Below are positions 36,858 through 46,972 of a DNA stretch of 64,000 bases, one piece after another. The stretch is from Candidatus Gottesmanbacteria bacterium (GTDB lineage Bacteria; Patescibacteriota; Microgenomatia; 2-02-FULL-39-11), in NCBI GenBank assembly GCA_016186795.1, contig JACPKY010000002.1, positions 925,892 through 989,891 of the forward strand, read 5' to 3'. The first letter of the stretch is position 1. Every line of letters begins with the position of its first letter. Position numbers and translations under genes: made by a program. The notes beneath the pieces were generated by a model. The model did not search any database and had not been told where the DNA came from. It saw only the letters and a program-made list of their open reading frames with translations.

Positions 36858-38339
36858 ATGCCCAAGGAATTTTTTAAAGAACTTTCTGATCATAAAACCC
36901 CTCCAACGTATAAATACTTTGACGGTGAAGCTTGGAAAGTTTCTTTAAGCGGTAAAACTAGCGATATTATTTCTCCCATTGATGGGAAAGTTTTAGGTAA
37001 AGTTCAACAAGTAACGTTTGTAGAGATTGATCGGGCAATTGAAAGAGCAAAAAAAGCTCAGGAAGAGTGGGCGAGAGTTCCCATGATAAAGCGGACAAAA
37101 CCTCTTCATCTTGCTGCCGACTGGATACGTGAACATGAAAAATTCTTAACCCGTCTTCTGATCCAAGAAATCGGCAAAACGTACGAAGAGGCGAAGGACG
37201 AAATTCTAAGAAGTGCAGATATGATTGACCATTTTTGCCATGAAGCACTTCATCTTGCGGGAGAGGAACTATCAGGTGATGCATTTCCGGGATACGACCA
37301 AACGAAGATGGCAATTGTTGAACGAGTGCCACTCGGGGTAGTTGTTGCCATTTCGCCTTTTAATTATCCGGTCAATCTTTCGGTATCGAAAATAGTACCA
37401 GCCCTTTTGACAGGTAATACCTGTGTATTTAAACCACCGACATACGGCTCAATTTCTGCTGTCCACCTGACAGAAATTTTCCGTATCGCTGGTGTTCCGG
37501 ATGGAGTACTTGTAACTATTACAGGGGAAGGGAGCACAATTGGAGATTATCTTGTTACACATAAAGAGATTGCAATGGTGACATATACTGGCTCTTCAGA
37601 GGTTGGTAGATCTATTGCCACAAAAATTGGCATGATTCCTTTACTTTTTGAGTGCGGGGGGAATAATCCAGCTCTCGTTCTTCCGGATACAGATTTGGAT
37701 GCAACTTCAACAGAAATCGTCAAAGGAGCATTTTCTTATTCCGGGCAACGGTGCACTGCGATAAAGTATGTTTTGGGTTTGAAACCAACAATTCAGGAAC
37801 TAGTGCCCTTGGTTATCAAAAAAACAAAAACTATGATGAGAATTGGTAATCCGAAGGACGAGAGAAATAATTTCGGTCCTGTAATAACTGAGAATGCAGC
37901 ACATGAGATTGAGAAACGAATATTAGAAGCAAAAGCGCATGGAGCAAAAATCGTTCTTGGTGGTAAAAGAGACGGTTTATTCGTTGAACCGACAATTCTG
38001 ACAGATGTTAAACCAACGATGGAGATTGTTCAGAGAGAAACATTCGGTCCGGTTGTATCATTTCTTGAAGTAAAGTCTATCGATGAAGCCCTTTCCATTA
38101 TCAATGCTTCAGAGTATGGACTTCAGGCGTCGATATTTACTAAAGATGAAGGGACTGGGATTCGTCTTGCACAAAAAATAGGTGTGGGGACAGTACAGGT
38201 GAATAGTAAGCCTCAACGTGGCCCTGATCATTTTCCTTTTCTTGGTGTAAAAGGAAGTGGAATCGGAGTCCAGGGTATCCGTTATTCTCTGGAGGCAATG
38301 ACTCGATTTCGCTCAATCGTTCTTAACTCTCCGAAGTAG
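36858..38339 (+). CDS. gapN: NADP-dependent non-phosphorylating glyceraldehyde-3-phosphate dehydrogenase (ALDH family)
   Basis: ISPFNYPVNL, FSYSGQRCTA, ETFGPV, GapN-typical RGPDHFPFLGVKGSGIGVQG. Confidence 0.88.
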   Translation: MPKEFFKELSDHKTPPTYKYFDGEAWKVSLSGKTSDIISPIDGKVLGKVQQVTFVEIDRAIERAKKAQEEWARVPMIKRTKPLHLAADWIREHEKFLTRLLIQEIGKTYEEAKDEILRSADMIDHFCHEALHLAGEELSGDAFPGYDQTKMAIVERVPLGVVVAISPFNYPVNLSVSKIVPALLTGNTCVFKPPTYGSISAVHLTEIFRIAGVPDGVLVTITGEGSTIGDYLVTHKEIAMVTYTGSSEVGRSIATKIGMIPLLFECGGNNPALVLPDTDLDATSTEIVKGAFSYSGQRCTAIKYVLGLKPTIQELVPLVIKKTKTMMRIGNPKDERNNFGPVITENAAHEIEKRILEAKAHGAKIVLGGKRDGLFVEPTILTDVKPTMEIVQRETFGPVVSFLEVKSIDEALSIINASEYGLQASIFTKDEGTGIRLAQKIGVGTVQVNSKPQRGPDHFPFLGVKGSGIGVQGIRYSLEAMTRFRSIVLNSPK

Positions 38340-39503
38340 AAAGAGGCCACTTGAGGCAACTATTGCTAAACTTCCTCCGAAAAGAAATGCTGCCGAAGGA
38401 GAAATCGTTTGCCACAAAAATCCGGCAACAAAAGATGCTGGCAGCAGAGTCAAACCGGTAACCATATTATAAAGACCAAACGCATAACCTTTCTTTTCCA
38501 AAGGGACAATATCGGCAACATACGCTTTGGCCACTCCTTCAGTAAGACCGTAGTAAACTCCATAGAGAAGAAAAAGAAAAATTATAGGCATTGCACTCTC
38601 AAATTTAGCAAATCCCAGATAGACCCCTGCATAAAGAAGCCATCCTAAAAGGATTGTTTTTTTCCGGCCGAATTTATCCGAGACAATTCCGGCAGGAATG
38701 TTAAGAAGTGAGGCAATTAGGCTAAATGCAGCTAAAAGGAAAAATATCGATGAAATCGAAAGTCCTGCCTTTTGCGCTTTTAAAATGAGGAATGCATCGG
38801 ATGAATTTCCTAAAGTAAAGAGAAATATAATAAACAAGAATTGGTAGAAAGCAGTATCTAACTTTTCAATTTTTACTTCCCTTTTTTTTGTTTCTTTGGT
38901 GGAAACATCACGGACAAAAAGGAAAAGTAAAATAACGGCAATTGCCATAGGAATGGTAGCAAAAAGGACAATTGAATGAAATAGTTCAATCGTGAGTCCT
39001 AAGCTTGCCTTTCCAATTAAAAGTGTCAGAATTCCGGCCAAGATTAGCCCAACAACTGCACCTGCATTATCAAGAGCGCGGGAAAGTCCAAATGCTTTTC
39101 CTTGTTTTCCACTCTCAGCTGATTGGGATATAAGTGCATCCCGGGGAGCTCCTTGGATTCCTTTTCCGCTTCTGTCAAGAAAGCGTGCTAAAAGAACTAT
39201 TAGCCATGAGGAAGCAAAGAAAAGAAGAAGAATTGATGATCGCAAAATTTGTCCTCCTATTATCAGCGGTTTTCTACTTTTAGCTTTATCTGAAATCCAT
39301 CCAGAGAGAGGTTGGAAAAGTTGAGGAGTTGCCTCACCAATTCCTTCGACGATTCCCACAATTGATGTTTTTACTCCCAGGGCATTGGTTAAAAATAGTG
39401 GGATGGCATACTTAATTGTTTGTCCGCCGACATCATTTAAGAAAGAAACAAAAGAGAGAATTAAGACGTTTTGGGGAAATCCTAGTATTGATATCTGTTT
39501 CAT
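38313..39503 (-). CDS. MFS transporter
   Basis: 12-TM pattern; GWISDKAKSRK and SDKFGRK motif A; DRSGKGIQGAPRDALI. Confidence 0.92.
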   Translation of the reverse strand: MKQISILGFPQNVLILSFVSFLNDVGGQTIKYAIPLFLTNALGVKTSIVGIVEGIGEATPQLFQPLSGWISDKAKSRKPLIIGGQILRSSILLLFFASSWLIVLLARFLDRSGKGIQGAPRDALISQSAESGKQGKAFGLSRALDNAGAVVGLILAGILTLLIGKASLGLTIELFHSIVLFATIPMAIAVILLFLFVRDVSTKETKKREVKIEKLDTAFYQFLFIIFLFTLGNSSDAFLILKAQKAGLSISSIFFLLAAFSLIASLLNIPAGIVSDKFGRKKTILLGWLLYAGVYLGFAKFESAMPIIFLFLLYGVYYGLTEGVAKAYVADIVPLEKKGYAFGLYNMVTGLTLLPASFVAGFLWQTISPSAAFLFGGSLAIVASSGLFLLRRVKND

Positions 39504-39838
39504 TAGAGCATCCGAATAAGTCTTCCCTGCTGGTCAAACTCGATGAAGTGATGCGTTTTTCCTTCCCGGAAGTATTGACATTGATTTTCAGGCTGATTGT
39601 CAATATCCTGCCTTGGATTATGAACAATATCAAATGACCAATCGGGGATGAGTTCTTCAGAAAGGCACGGGCCGTCCCCTAAAAGAACGCCAGACTTTTT
39701 CTTCTCTTCAAAAATTTCTTGAGCTTTTTTGATGATTGGTTGTTGTGTATCAGTGGATTTCTGTTTAGCTTGAATAAACAGGAGGGCCGCTATACCTATT
39801 ACAATAATGCAAGCAAGAAAAATAACAATAATTTTCAT
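39503..39838 (-). CDS. Hypothetical membrane-anchored protein
   Basis: N-terminal TM; GPCL...DIVHNPR...PENQC with two Cys; overlaps both neighbouring genes. Confidence 0.7.
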   Translation of the reverse strand: MKIIVIFLACIIVIGIAALLFIQAKQKSTDTQQPIIKKAQEIFEEKKKSGVLLGDGPCLSEELIPDWSFDIVHNPRQDIDNQPENQCQYFREGKTHHFIEFDQQGRLIRML

Positions 39839-40392
39839 GAGTGGTATCCAAGCGCTTGGAGGGCAACTTTAAGAGTTTCCGCAGGACCGCTGGTATATGT
39901 ATTTATGATAAGGTCATAAAGATTCGGGTTCCAGAAATCCCTTGTATGGTAAAGTTTTTCCCACTTGATGATATTTTCTTCTTCCCGCTGTTTAAGGTGT
40001 TGTTTTGCCTCTTCGATCGTCATATTGTCGCGGTTCACAATCCGGTCGACTCGAATATTATCGTCACTGCAGGTGACAAATATTTTGAAAATCCCTGGTA
40101 TATTTTGAGCATCAAATCCTGAAAGCCAAGATTCGATGATGATATGTTTTTCGCTTCTTAGCTTTTCTTTGATGAAATTATCAAGCTCAAGATGATAACT
40201 ATCTTCACTTTGCGTTGTGGCAGCAAGCGGAATACCATTTTTCTTGGCATACTCACGGTACAGTTCTCCACCGTTTATGAGTTTCCATCCAAGTTTTTCA
40301 GAAAGTTTTTTGGAAAGAGTTGTGGCACCAGAGGCAGCCCGGCCTGAGACGGTAATATTTTTCCATTTGGGAAGAATAATTGGAGATTCCAT
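39835..40392 (-). CDS. cmk: Cytidylate kinase-like protein (archaeal-type)
   Basis: ITVSGRAASGATT P-loop, GELYREYAK, IIIESWLSG, YDLIINT. Confidence 0.78.
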   Translation of the reverse strand: MESPIILPKWKNITVSGRAASGATTLSKKLSEKLGWKLINGGELYREYAKKNGIPLAATTQSEDSYHLELDNFIKEKLRSEKHIIIESWLSGFDAQNIPGIFKIFVTCSDDNIRVDRIVNRDNMTIEEAKQHLKQREEENIIKWEKLYHTRDFWNPNLYDLIINTYTSGPAETLKVALQALGYHS

Positions 40393-40440
40393 AGACTAAT
40401 TATACGGATAGGGGATTAAGTATCAAGTGCAAAGAAAAAT

Positions 40441-41574
40441 CTATGAGAGATTGGTGTGTTTGCGGTGAAGAGTTTCAATTGTTTGAAGTGTAACATTTTT
40501 TTCTTTTAAAAAGAGATTACTTTTCCGTACTGCATTTTCAAGTACGGTGAGGGTTTTGTCATACGTTTCTCGGTCAACAGGGTATGGTGTTCCGTCTTTT
40601 CCGCCATAGGCAAAAGAGTAGCGGGCGGGATCTTCATAGGACGGTTTTGCACCGTAGATAACTTCTGCAACGAGAGAGAGTGCTCGAATTGTTTTTCCAC
40701 CCACACCAGGAGTCATTAGTAGTTTTTCAAATGATGTTGGTTTGGTTGTAATTACCGTATTTATTGTTTTTTGCAGTTGCGGATGCAGAAACTCTTTCTC
40801 AACCGGATGGTTTGTAAATTCAATGCCTGGCAGTTCCAAGATTTTGAAATGTTGAGCTGATTTTGGTTTTGCCAAAACCTGGAGATTTCTATAGAGGCTG
40901 CGTTCTTCTTTAATTAGTTCAAGTGTTGTTGCCTTATTATCTTTGCTTGCTTTATTCGTAAGATCAAGAACCCGCGAAAGGCGTGTTTGCGTCGCAATAC
41001 CCATATGAGGTTCTTCAATGAAATCTTCAACGTGGCTCCCTAACCAATGATAGCGTCTTGCTCTCCCAATTGCAGTATTCATTCCTTGCTGGACAACAGC
41101 CCATTGCCCCTTTTTATTGAATATAAAACTATGATGGTACAGGGTAAATCCATCTTGAATAAGGGCTGAATCTACTTTTGCAGCAGCTCGACTTGAGTAA
41201 ATTAAACGATCTGAATCTATTTGGGAAAATCCTAAATCCCACGACCAGATTTTAATCTGGTCAGGAGTCTTTCTACTTGTTTTTCCTTTCCCTCCACAAA
41301 TAAATACATCGACATCTTTTTCAAGTCCTCGAAGGGCCTCTTTGAGAGCTGCGGTTGTGGTGATGGTAAGGCCTGAAGCATTCCAGTCAAATGCCATAAG
41401 CGTTCCAAGGGATTGAAACCAGACAGGGTCTGCCAGGCGCTTTAAAAATTCCTCACTTCCAAACTCAGAAATAATTGCCAAAGCAATCACTCTTCCAAGT
41501 CGTGTCATCCTTTGAAAAAGCCAGGCAGGGCACTGACCGTAGTCAAGAGTCATTGTCGTTATGCCAGTTCTCAT
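40441..41574 (-). CDS. DUF763 domain protein
   Basis: PAWLFQRM, LADPVWFQSLG, GGKGKTSRKTP, AKVDS, WAVVQQGMN, DPARYSFAYGGKDGTPYPVD. Confidence 0.9.
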   Translation of the reverse strand: MRTGITTMTLDYGQCPAWLFQRMTRLGRVIALAIISEFGSEEFLKRLADPVWFQSLGTLMAFDWNASGLTITTTAALKEALRGLEKDVDVFICGGKGKTSRKTPDQIKIWSWDLGFSQIDSDRLIYSSRAAAKVDSALIQDGFTLYHHSFIFNKKGQWAVVQQGMNTAIGRARRYHWLGSHVEDFIEEPHMGIATQTRLSRVLDLTNKASKDNKATTLELIKEERSLYRNLQVLAKPKSAQHFKILELPGIEFTNHPVEKEFLHPQLQKTINTVITTKPTSFEKLLMTPGVGGKTIRALSLVAEVIYGAKPSYEDPARYSFAYGGKDGTPYPVDRETYDKTLTVLENAVRKSNLFLKEKNVTLQTIETLHRKHTNLS

Positions 41575-41633
41575 AGGAGATTCATTATAATACAAGACAT
41601 GAAGGGTTTAGAGATACCGTTGAGGTTAGTACA

Positions 41634-42428
41634 CTAATGAATACAAAGAACGCTGCCTACAGATTTCAATTCCGGAAAGACAAACGGGTTTAGGTCTTGT
41701 TTAAGATAAAAAAATGATGCGGAACCTCCGTCAAGATTTATTCCCTTTTCAAATACAACATGGTTTTTTACTTCTTTGGAAGAGAGAATAACAGGAAGAT
41801 CTGAGAGGAACGGACCACTGAGAATATTATCTTTTTCTGTAATAGAGATAAGAAAAAACTTTCCATCATCTGTTTGGGCGATGACCGATCTTCTGGCGTA
41901 TTCATCATCCACCAGTTGTAATCTCTTTTTTCCAATGGGAAAGAGCGGTCCAGTTTGGAGGATAAAATCAAGATTTTCAAAGGACTGTGGTTTCTGGTAC
42001 TCGATATATCGTTTCCCACTTTTCTCCTGCCAAAAAAAACCGGTGGCAAGATTGCTTTGAATTTCTGGCGAATAGGTTTTTCCTCCTGTCATAAAAAGTC
42101 CCAGTGGTTTTTCCTCTTCAAGGTAGAACCCTCCATTGATAGATGCTTCACATGAGTTTGCTTTTGCAAGTGCCTCGCCGTCTTCTTTTTGAGAAAAATT
42201 GGGAAGAAGTGTTACTGTTTTGGACTTAGGGACTTCCCAGATCCAGGCAGTGAACGTGTGAGTATCATAGGGAATATTTATTGATATCCCTGGGAATTGA
42301 ACTTCTTGTTTGAAAGAAGGGATAGGGGAGGAAGTGGGAGTTTGCGGAATTTTTAGAAGTCCCTGGCTTGTCCAACTACCGAGGGTAAGAAAAAATCCAA
42401 AAAGAATTGAGAAGAGCTTCTCAAGCAT
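41634..42428 (-). CDS. Phosphodiester glycosidase (NAGPA-like) family protein
   Basis: INGGFY, QTGP, ARRSVI, GINLDGGSAS; start set at ATG 42428. Confidence 0.8.
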   Translation of the reverse strand: MLEKLFSILFGFFLTLGSWTSQGLLKIPQTPTSSPIPSFKQEVQFPGISINIPYDTHTFTAWIWEVPKSKTVTLLPNFSQKEDGEALAKANSCEASINGGFYLEEEKPLGLFMTGGKTYSPEIQSNLATGFFWQEKSGKRYIEYQKPQSFENLDFILQTGPLFPIGKKRLQLVDDEYARRSVIAQTDDGKFFLISITEKDNILSGPFLSDLPVILSSKEVKNHVVFEKGINLDGGSASFFYLKQDLNPFVFPELKSVGSVLCIH

Positions 42429-42491
42429 TTCCCCATTATATACAAAAAGAGCTTGGTTGTAGAAAGAATCATTTATCTTTACAATGAATAT

Positions 42492-43163
42492 ATGCTCGAT
42501 CGGAAAAAGAGGTATTTGCAAGTTGCTCTCAATAGTACTCTTGACGAAGCGTACAACATCATACAAAACCTTCCGCCGAGCGATCGGATATTAATTGAAG
42601 CTGGGACACCACTTATCAAGCAGTACGGCGCTCGGGTGATTGCCAATCTAAAGAACTGGTGGGAAGAGAGATTAGATATGGCGAGCTTTCCCTATATTGT
42701 TGCTGATCTTAAGACTATGGATCGAGGAGCAACAGAAGTTGCAATTGCAAGAACTGCCGGTGCATCTGGCATAGTTGCTTTAGGGCAAGGGCCAATTGAA
42801 ATGCTTGATGTGTTTATTGATGAGGCGGGAAAGCAAGGACTTGATAGTATGGTTGATATGATGAATGTTGAGCAACCGATAAAAATACTGCGGAAACTTA
42901 AAAAACTTCCCGATGTAGTTCTTCTTCATAGGGGAGTGGATGAAGAGACATTTAATAAAGATAAACCGATACCCTATATCCAAATAAACAAAGTCCGGGC
43001 AAGTTATAACGTTTTGATATCAATTGCCGGAGGAGATACAATCCGGGAAGTCCAGCGGGCAATTTTCAACGATGCCAATATTGTCGTTGTCTGGAAAGAG
43101 TTTTACCGACCAACAGAAGAAACAGCAAATCTGGCGGAAGAGTTTTTGAGAGTGATAAAATAG
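42492..43163 (+). CDS. 3-hexulose-6-phosphate synthase-like protein (OMPdecase/HUMPS family)
   Basis: YLQVAL, IEAGTPLIK, VADLKTMD, DMMNV, LHRGVDEE; resembles the archaeal Fae-Hps HPS domain. Confidence 0.8.
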   Translation: MLDRKKRYLQVALNSTLDEAYNIIQNLPPSDRILIEAGTPLIKQYGARVIANLKNWWEERLDMASFPYIVADLKTMDRGATEVAIARTAGASGIVALGQGPIEMLDVFIDEAGKQGLDSMVDMMNVEQPIKILRKLKKLPDVVLLHRGVDEETFNKDKPIPYIQINKVRASYNVLISIAGGDTIREVQRAIFNDANIVVVWKEFYRPTEETANLAEEFLRVIK

Positions 43164-43886
43164 TTACAGATACGTATTCACAAAGACCCCTTCCCCTTTG
43201 TACGGAACAAAAAGTCCATTGTCTGCAAAAGGGTTTTTATTTGCCCGAAGGTCCGGCTCAATGCGATCAAGAGTGCACTTGGTACAAAGAAATTCTCCCG
43301 GGATATTGACGCTTCTCATAACTGGGCCACTGCTGTCCCACTGCAATACTCCTTTGCGATAATAAGAAACAGACGCACTGTTTTTGCACTTCGAACATTT
43401 CCCTTGTATTTCTCGTAGTCGTTCTTCCATTATTTGTCTATCTTCTTTTCGAAAATAGAACGCCTCAAATTCGCTTATAGGATAGTAAGGATACATTGTC
43501 CCGCAGTATTTTCGATCCTGCTCTGGATGAAAGACGACCATCTTATGAGGAAATTGGAGAAATGATTTTGAGAATTCATGAAGAAGATGATTTCGGCAGT
43601 ATGGCGTGTGTTTGTCGCCTTCACGGATAAGAATATCCTCTGTTTTCTTCTGACATGTAAAACACTTTTTCTTACCAAAATTGCTTTGAAGTGAGAGAAA
43701 GAAGTTATTAAGAAGATGGATACCTCCTATGAAAATAAGAGAAAGACCCAAAAAAGAATTTTCAATCAAATCAACGATGATCTTTGCTGGTTGAGTTTGA
43801 TTAAAATGTAGGTTTGGTTCAATAAGGACTGCTCCAACGATAATAAGGATCAGTGCAATGATTTTTCCCACACGAGAATTTCTCAT
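43164..43886 (-). CDS. Hypothetical 2-TM protein with Cys/His-rich cytoplasmic domain
   Basis: CFTC...YCRNH and CSKC...CTKC motifs; start uncertain (43886 or 43916). Confidence 0.65.
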   Translation of the reverse strand: MRNSRVGKIIALILIIVGAVLIEPNLHFNQTQPAKIIVDLIENSFLGLSLIFIGGIHLLNNFFLSLQSNFGKKKCFTCQKKTEDILIREGDKHTPYCRNHLLHEFSKSFLQFPHKMVVFHPEQDRKYCGTMYPYYPISEFEAFYFRKEDRQIMEERLREIQGKCSKCKNSASVSYYRKGVLQWDSSGPVMRSVNIPGEFLCTKCTLDRIEPDLRANKNPFADNGLFVPYKGEGVFVNTYL

Positions 43887-43928
43887 AGGATTTGGAATAG
43901 TAAGAGAGGCGCTCACACTCGGAATGAA

Positions 43929-44684
43929 TCACTTGCTGGTAAGTTTTTTCAATCCTTCAATGATTTGGATGGGGAGAGCAAAAACAACGGTGTTTGCTGG
44001 ATTTGCAGTTGTTGCCTCAATTGTCTGAAGGGTACGCAGAGATATTGCCCCACTTCGAGCCATGTGTTCCATTGCTTTTTTGAGATTTTCTGATGCTGAT
44101 AACTCTCCTTGAGATCTGATAATCGTTGCCCGTCTTTCTCTTTCTGCTTCTGCCTGTTTGGCCATAGCCCGTTTCATATCCGCAGGAAGCTCAATATCCT
44201 GGATTTTAATAGCTGTTACATCCACACCCCATTCAGTTGTTTCACTATCGACAAGTTTTTTTATCTCATCGGCAATTTTTTGCCGATCAACTAGTAAACT
44301 ATCAAGCTCCACTCCGCCGATGACATCGCGAAGTGCAGTCTGCGCATATTGAGTGACTGCATAGGTAAAATCCTGGATCTTCAAAACTGCATCTTCAGGT
44401 TTGGTTACCTGGAAATACACAACAGCATTAATACCAACAGGGACATTATCTTTAGTAATAACTTCTTGCTGGGGGATATCTGAGGTGGTGATCCGGATAT
44501 CGACTTTTATAAGCCTCTGTAATATGGGGATGACAACTTTCAGACCTGGTTCAAGCGTATAGGAATATGATCCAAGAGTAAGGACAATTCCACGTTCGTA
44601 CTGGTCGATAATCTTAAGCCCAAGAAGGGCAAGGACAACACCTATTACTAAAGCAACGAGGAAAAACCCTCCAAAAATTTCCAT
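43929..44684 (-). CDS. SPFH/band-7 (stomatin-like) protein
   Basis: YERGIV, QEVITKDNV, AQTALRDVIG, WGVDV, RAMAKQAEAERERRA. Confidence 0.93.
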   Translation of the reverse strand: MEIFGGFFLVALVIGVVLALLGLKIIDQYERGIVLTLGSYSYTLEPGLKVVIPILQRLIKVDIRITTSDIPQQEVITKDNVPVGINAVVYFQVTKPEDAVLKIQDFTYAVTQYAQTALRDVIGGVELDSLLVDRQKIADEIKKLVDSETTEWGVDVTAIKIQDIELPADMKRAMAKQAEAERERRATIIRSQGELSASENLKKAMEHMARSGAISLRTLQTIEATTANPANTVVFALPIQIIEGLKKLTSK

Positions 44685-44729
44685 ACTTTTTTATAGTAAC
44701 AGGTTTAGCGATTTGTTAAAAGAGTCTTT

Positions 44730-46913
44730 TTATCCCTTTACAGCGCCCAATTCCAAAATCATAAACTGAGAGCGATTAATAGGAGCAAGTGTAGGATTTT
44801 CTGGATTTGGAGAAATTTCTGAACTAACAAAAAAGTGTAAACGGTAAAGATTGTCTGGTCTGGGAGTGATTTTTAAGGGCAACTTATTATTTACTTCATC
44901 TTCTGATATTAAACCAATAAACAAATAATCTGAATCTATATCGAAGCTGGCATGGCGCAGTTCAAATAAGAGGCGTTCTTCTTCAAGAGGAAGAAGAGCG
45001 AGTTTTTGGGAGATATCTTGTACAAATTTGGCTAACTGACTTTTGGGGATGATCCAACTCGTATCCGGTTTAGTAAATTCTTTTGATTCGTATTCATAAT
45101 AGAGAAAATCTCGTATAAATTCCCCCACTTTCAAACTTTTATTTTCTTGTATCGCTACATTCCAGATATTTTCTTTTGATATAGGAGGGTCGGAATAGAT
45201 AGGCAAAAGACCTGGTTCTATAGCTACATTAGTATACGCTTGGGCATAGATGAAAAGCGTGGGTGAAGTGACACTAAGCCTGATGGGACAATGGGGTTCA
45301 TCGCTCATCATCTTTGCAACTGTTTCGGCAGAAACCAATGGTTGGGTATAATCAGGTACTGTTTTATGCACCTGATCAAGAAGTTCATCTACAGTTGGTA
45401 ACTGATATTCCGGCGGCCATGGTAGGTACCAGAGAGCTTTGTGAGTAGTAGTTACTACGTGCAGACCGACCCGACCCATCCCAAAACCTAGATCCCAAAT
45501 GGGGTTTAAATATTTTTCTATACTTGCGTATGTGCACTTTTTAGGAGTGGGGGTGGGTGTCGGTTGTCCTGGATATAGAGTATTGGTCGGATGAGGAGTG
45601 GTTTCAGGTGTTGATGTTACTGTTGGACTAGGGGTAATTCCAGCTGGAAGAGTGGGTTGAGGAGTGGCTGTTGGAGTAACTGGAACAAAGGAGCCCAACT
45701 CTATTGAATCTCCAGCAACTTCTCCAACTCTTGTGAGAGAAAGAAGAGACGTTGTTCCATCTGCAAGAGCTGGGATGGTTTCGGTAAATCGGACTGTGTA
45801 TCCTGAGTTAAGCAGGGCAGTTCCTCGAATAAGATACATCGGGACAAGATTTGTTTGCACAACTGTTGGGTGATTTTCCAGATATGTCAGTACGTAGTCT
45901 GTAATTGTCGCTTTTTTGGCATGGGCTAGATTTCCGGGATAGACTTTCCCGATATCTACTGCTCCACTCCCAGCAGGGAGAGTAAGTGAGAGAGATGATT
46001 TATGAGCAATAAACTGTTGTAGAGCTTGTTGGGGTGAAAGTAGTTCTTCTTGTTGAATGATCCGTCGTGAGGCGATCCATCGTATGTTGGAAGCGATAGA
46101 CAATAGTTTACCTTCCTTATCTATAGCAACAGTCATTGTGTTAAAGTCATTGGGACGGGCAAAACCGTCCTGATTAGTAGAGGTATTGATGATATTTTCA
46201 TCTTCTATAGTTGAAAGAGACGTTACACCCACGGCCAAAGAAGATAGTGGTTGATCTTCGGGGGCGTTGACTACCCCCAGTGCGCTTAATATCGGAAGAC
46301 CGGCAAGATCCCAGTCTCGGTGACACTCGACGAAAGTGAATCCTGGTGAATCTTTCTTTTTATACGTGATGGGACAGCTGACTGTATCATCAGTGATACC
46401 GAGAGAAAAAAGAAGCGCTTGAATTGGTTGTTCAAGAGGAATCCCAACAAATGACTGATAGGAAAAACCTCCGGTCTGTGGATAGAACGTAAGCATACCA
46501 AGACTGTCTGGGTTTTTGACATTTTTAAGAACAACAAGAGCGTTCGTTGAACTTTGTATCTCACTTAAACTTAATCTTTGTCCAAAAGAGACAATTTCTT
46601 CTTGTGAGTAGTTTTTTTTAAGAGTATAGGCATACATCGTATCAGGAATAACCGGTAGAGAAGCAGTATTTTCGTACGTTTCAAAATAGACTTGCGGTGG
46701 AGGACCGATGGTGGGGGAAATTTCTGAAGGGATAGGAATAGAATCAGGAGAAGGTTTTTGAGGTAAAGATTGCTTGGAAAGTAGAAGAAAAACCATTGTG
46801 ACAAAGAAGAAACATCCCACAGCAAGAAAAAGCAAACGGTGACGGGAAAGGAGATTTTTTAGACGTTGCCAGTGAGAGAATGATATTGTATCAACATCCT
46901 GAGTTTCCATCAT
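44730..46913 (-). CDS. Hypothetical membrane-anchored extracytoplasmic protein with Pro/Thr linker
   Basis: 727-aa ORF, N-terminal TM, TPTATPQPT linker, C-terminal PTLFIYA...FLYYEY...LPLKITPRPD domain. Confidence 0.72.
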   Translation of the reverse strand: MMETQDVDTISFSHWQRLKNLLSRHRLLFLAVGCFFFVTMVFLLLSKQSLPQKPSPDSIPIPSEISPTIGPPPQVYFETYENTASLPVIPDTMYAYTLKKNYSQEEIVSFGQRLSLSEIQSSTNALVVLKNVKNPDSLGMLTFYPQTGGFSYQSFVGIPLEQPIQALLFSLGITDDTVSCPITYKKKDSPGFTFVECHRDWDLAGLPILSALGVVNAPEDQPLSSLAVGVTSLSTIEDENIINTSTNQDGFARPNDFNTMTVAIDKEGKLLSIASNIRWIASRRIIQQEELLSPQQALQQFIAHKSSLSLTLPAGSGAVDIGKVYPGNLAHAKKATITDYVLTYLENHPTVVQTNLVPMYLIRGTALLNSGYTVRFTETIPALADGTTSLLSLTRVGEVAGDSIELGSFVPVTPTATPQPTLPAGITPSPTVTSTPETTPHPTNTLYPGQPTPTPTPKKCTYASIEKYLNPIWDLGFGMGRVGLHVVTTTHKALWYLPWPPEYQLPTVDELLDQVHKTVPDYTQPLVSAETVAKMMSDEPHCPIRLSVTSPTLFIYAQAYTNVAIEPGLLPIYSDPPISKENIWNVAIQENKSLKVGEFIRDFLYYEYESKEFTKPDTSWIIPKSQLAKFVQDISQKLALLPLEEERLLFELRHASFDIDSDYLFIGLISEDEVNNKLPLKITPRPDNLYRLHFFVSSEISPNPENPTLAPINRSQFMILELGAVKG

Positions 46914-46972
46914 AGATTTATAGTAACACCCCTTTATTTGACAGGGAAGAGGTGTATATAGTAATATAGAAT

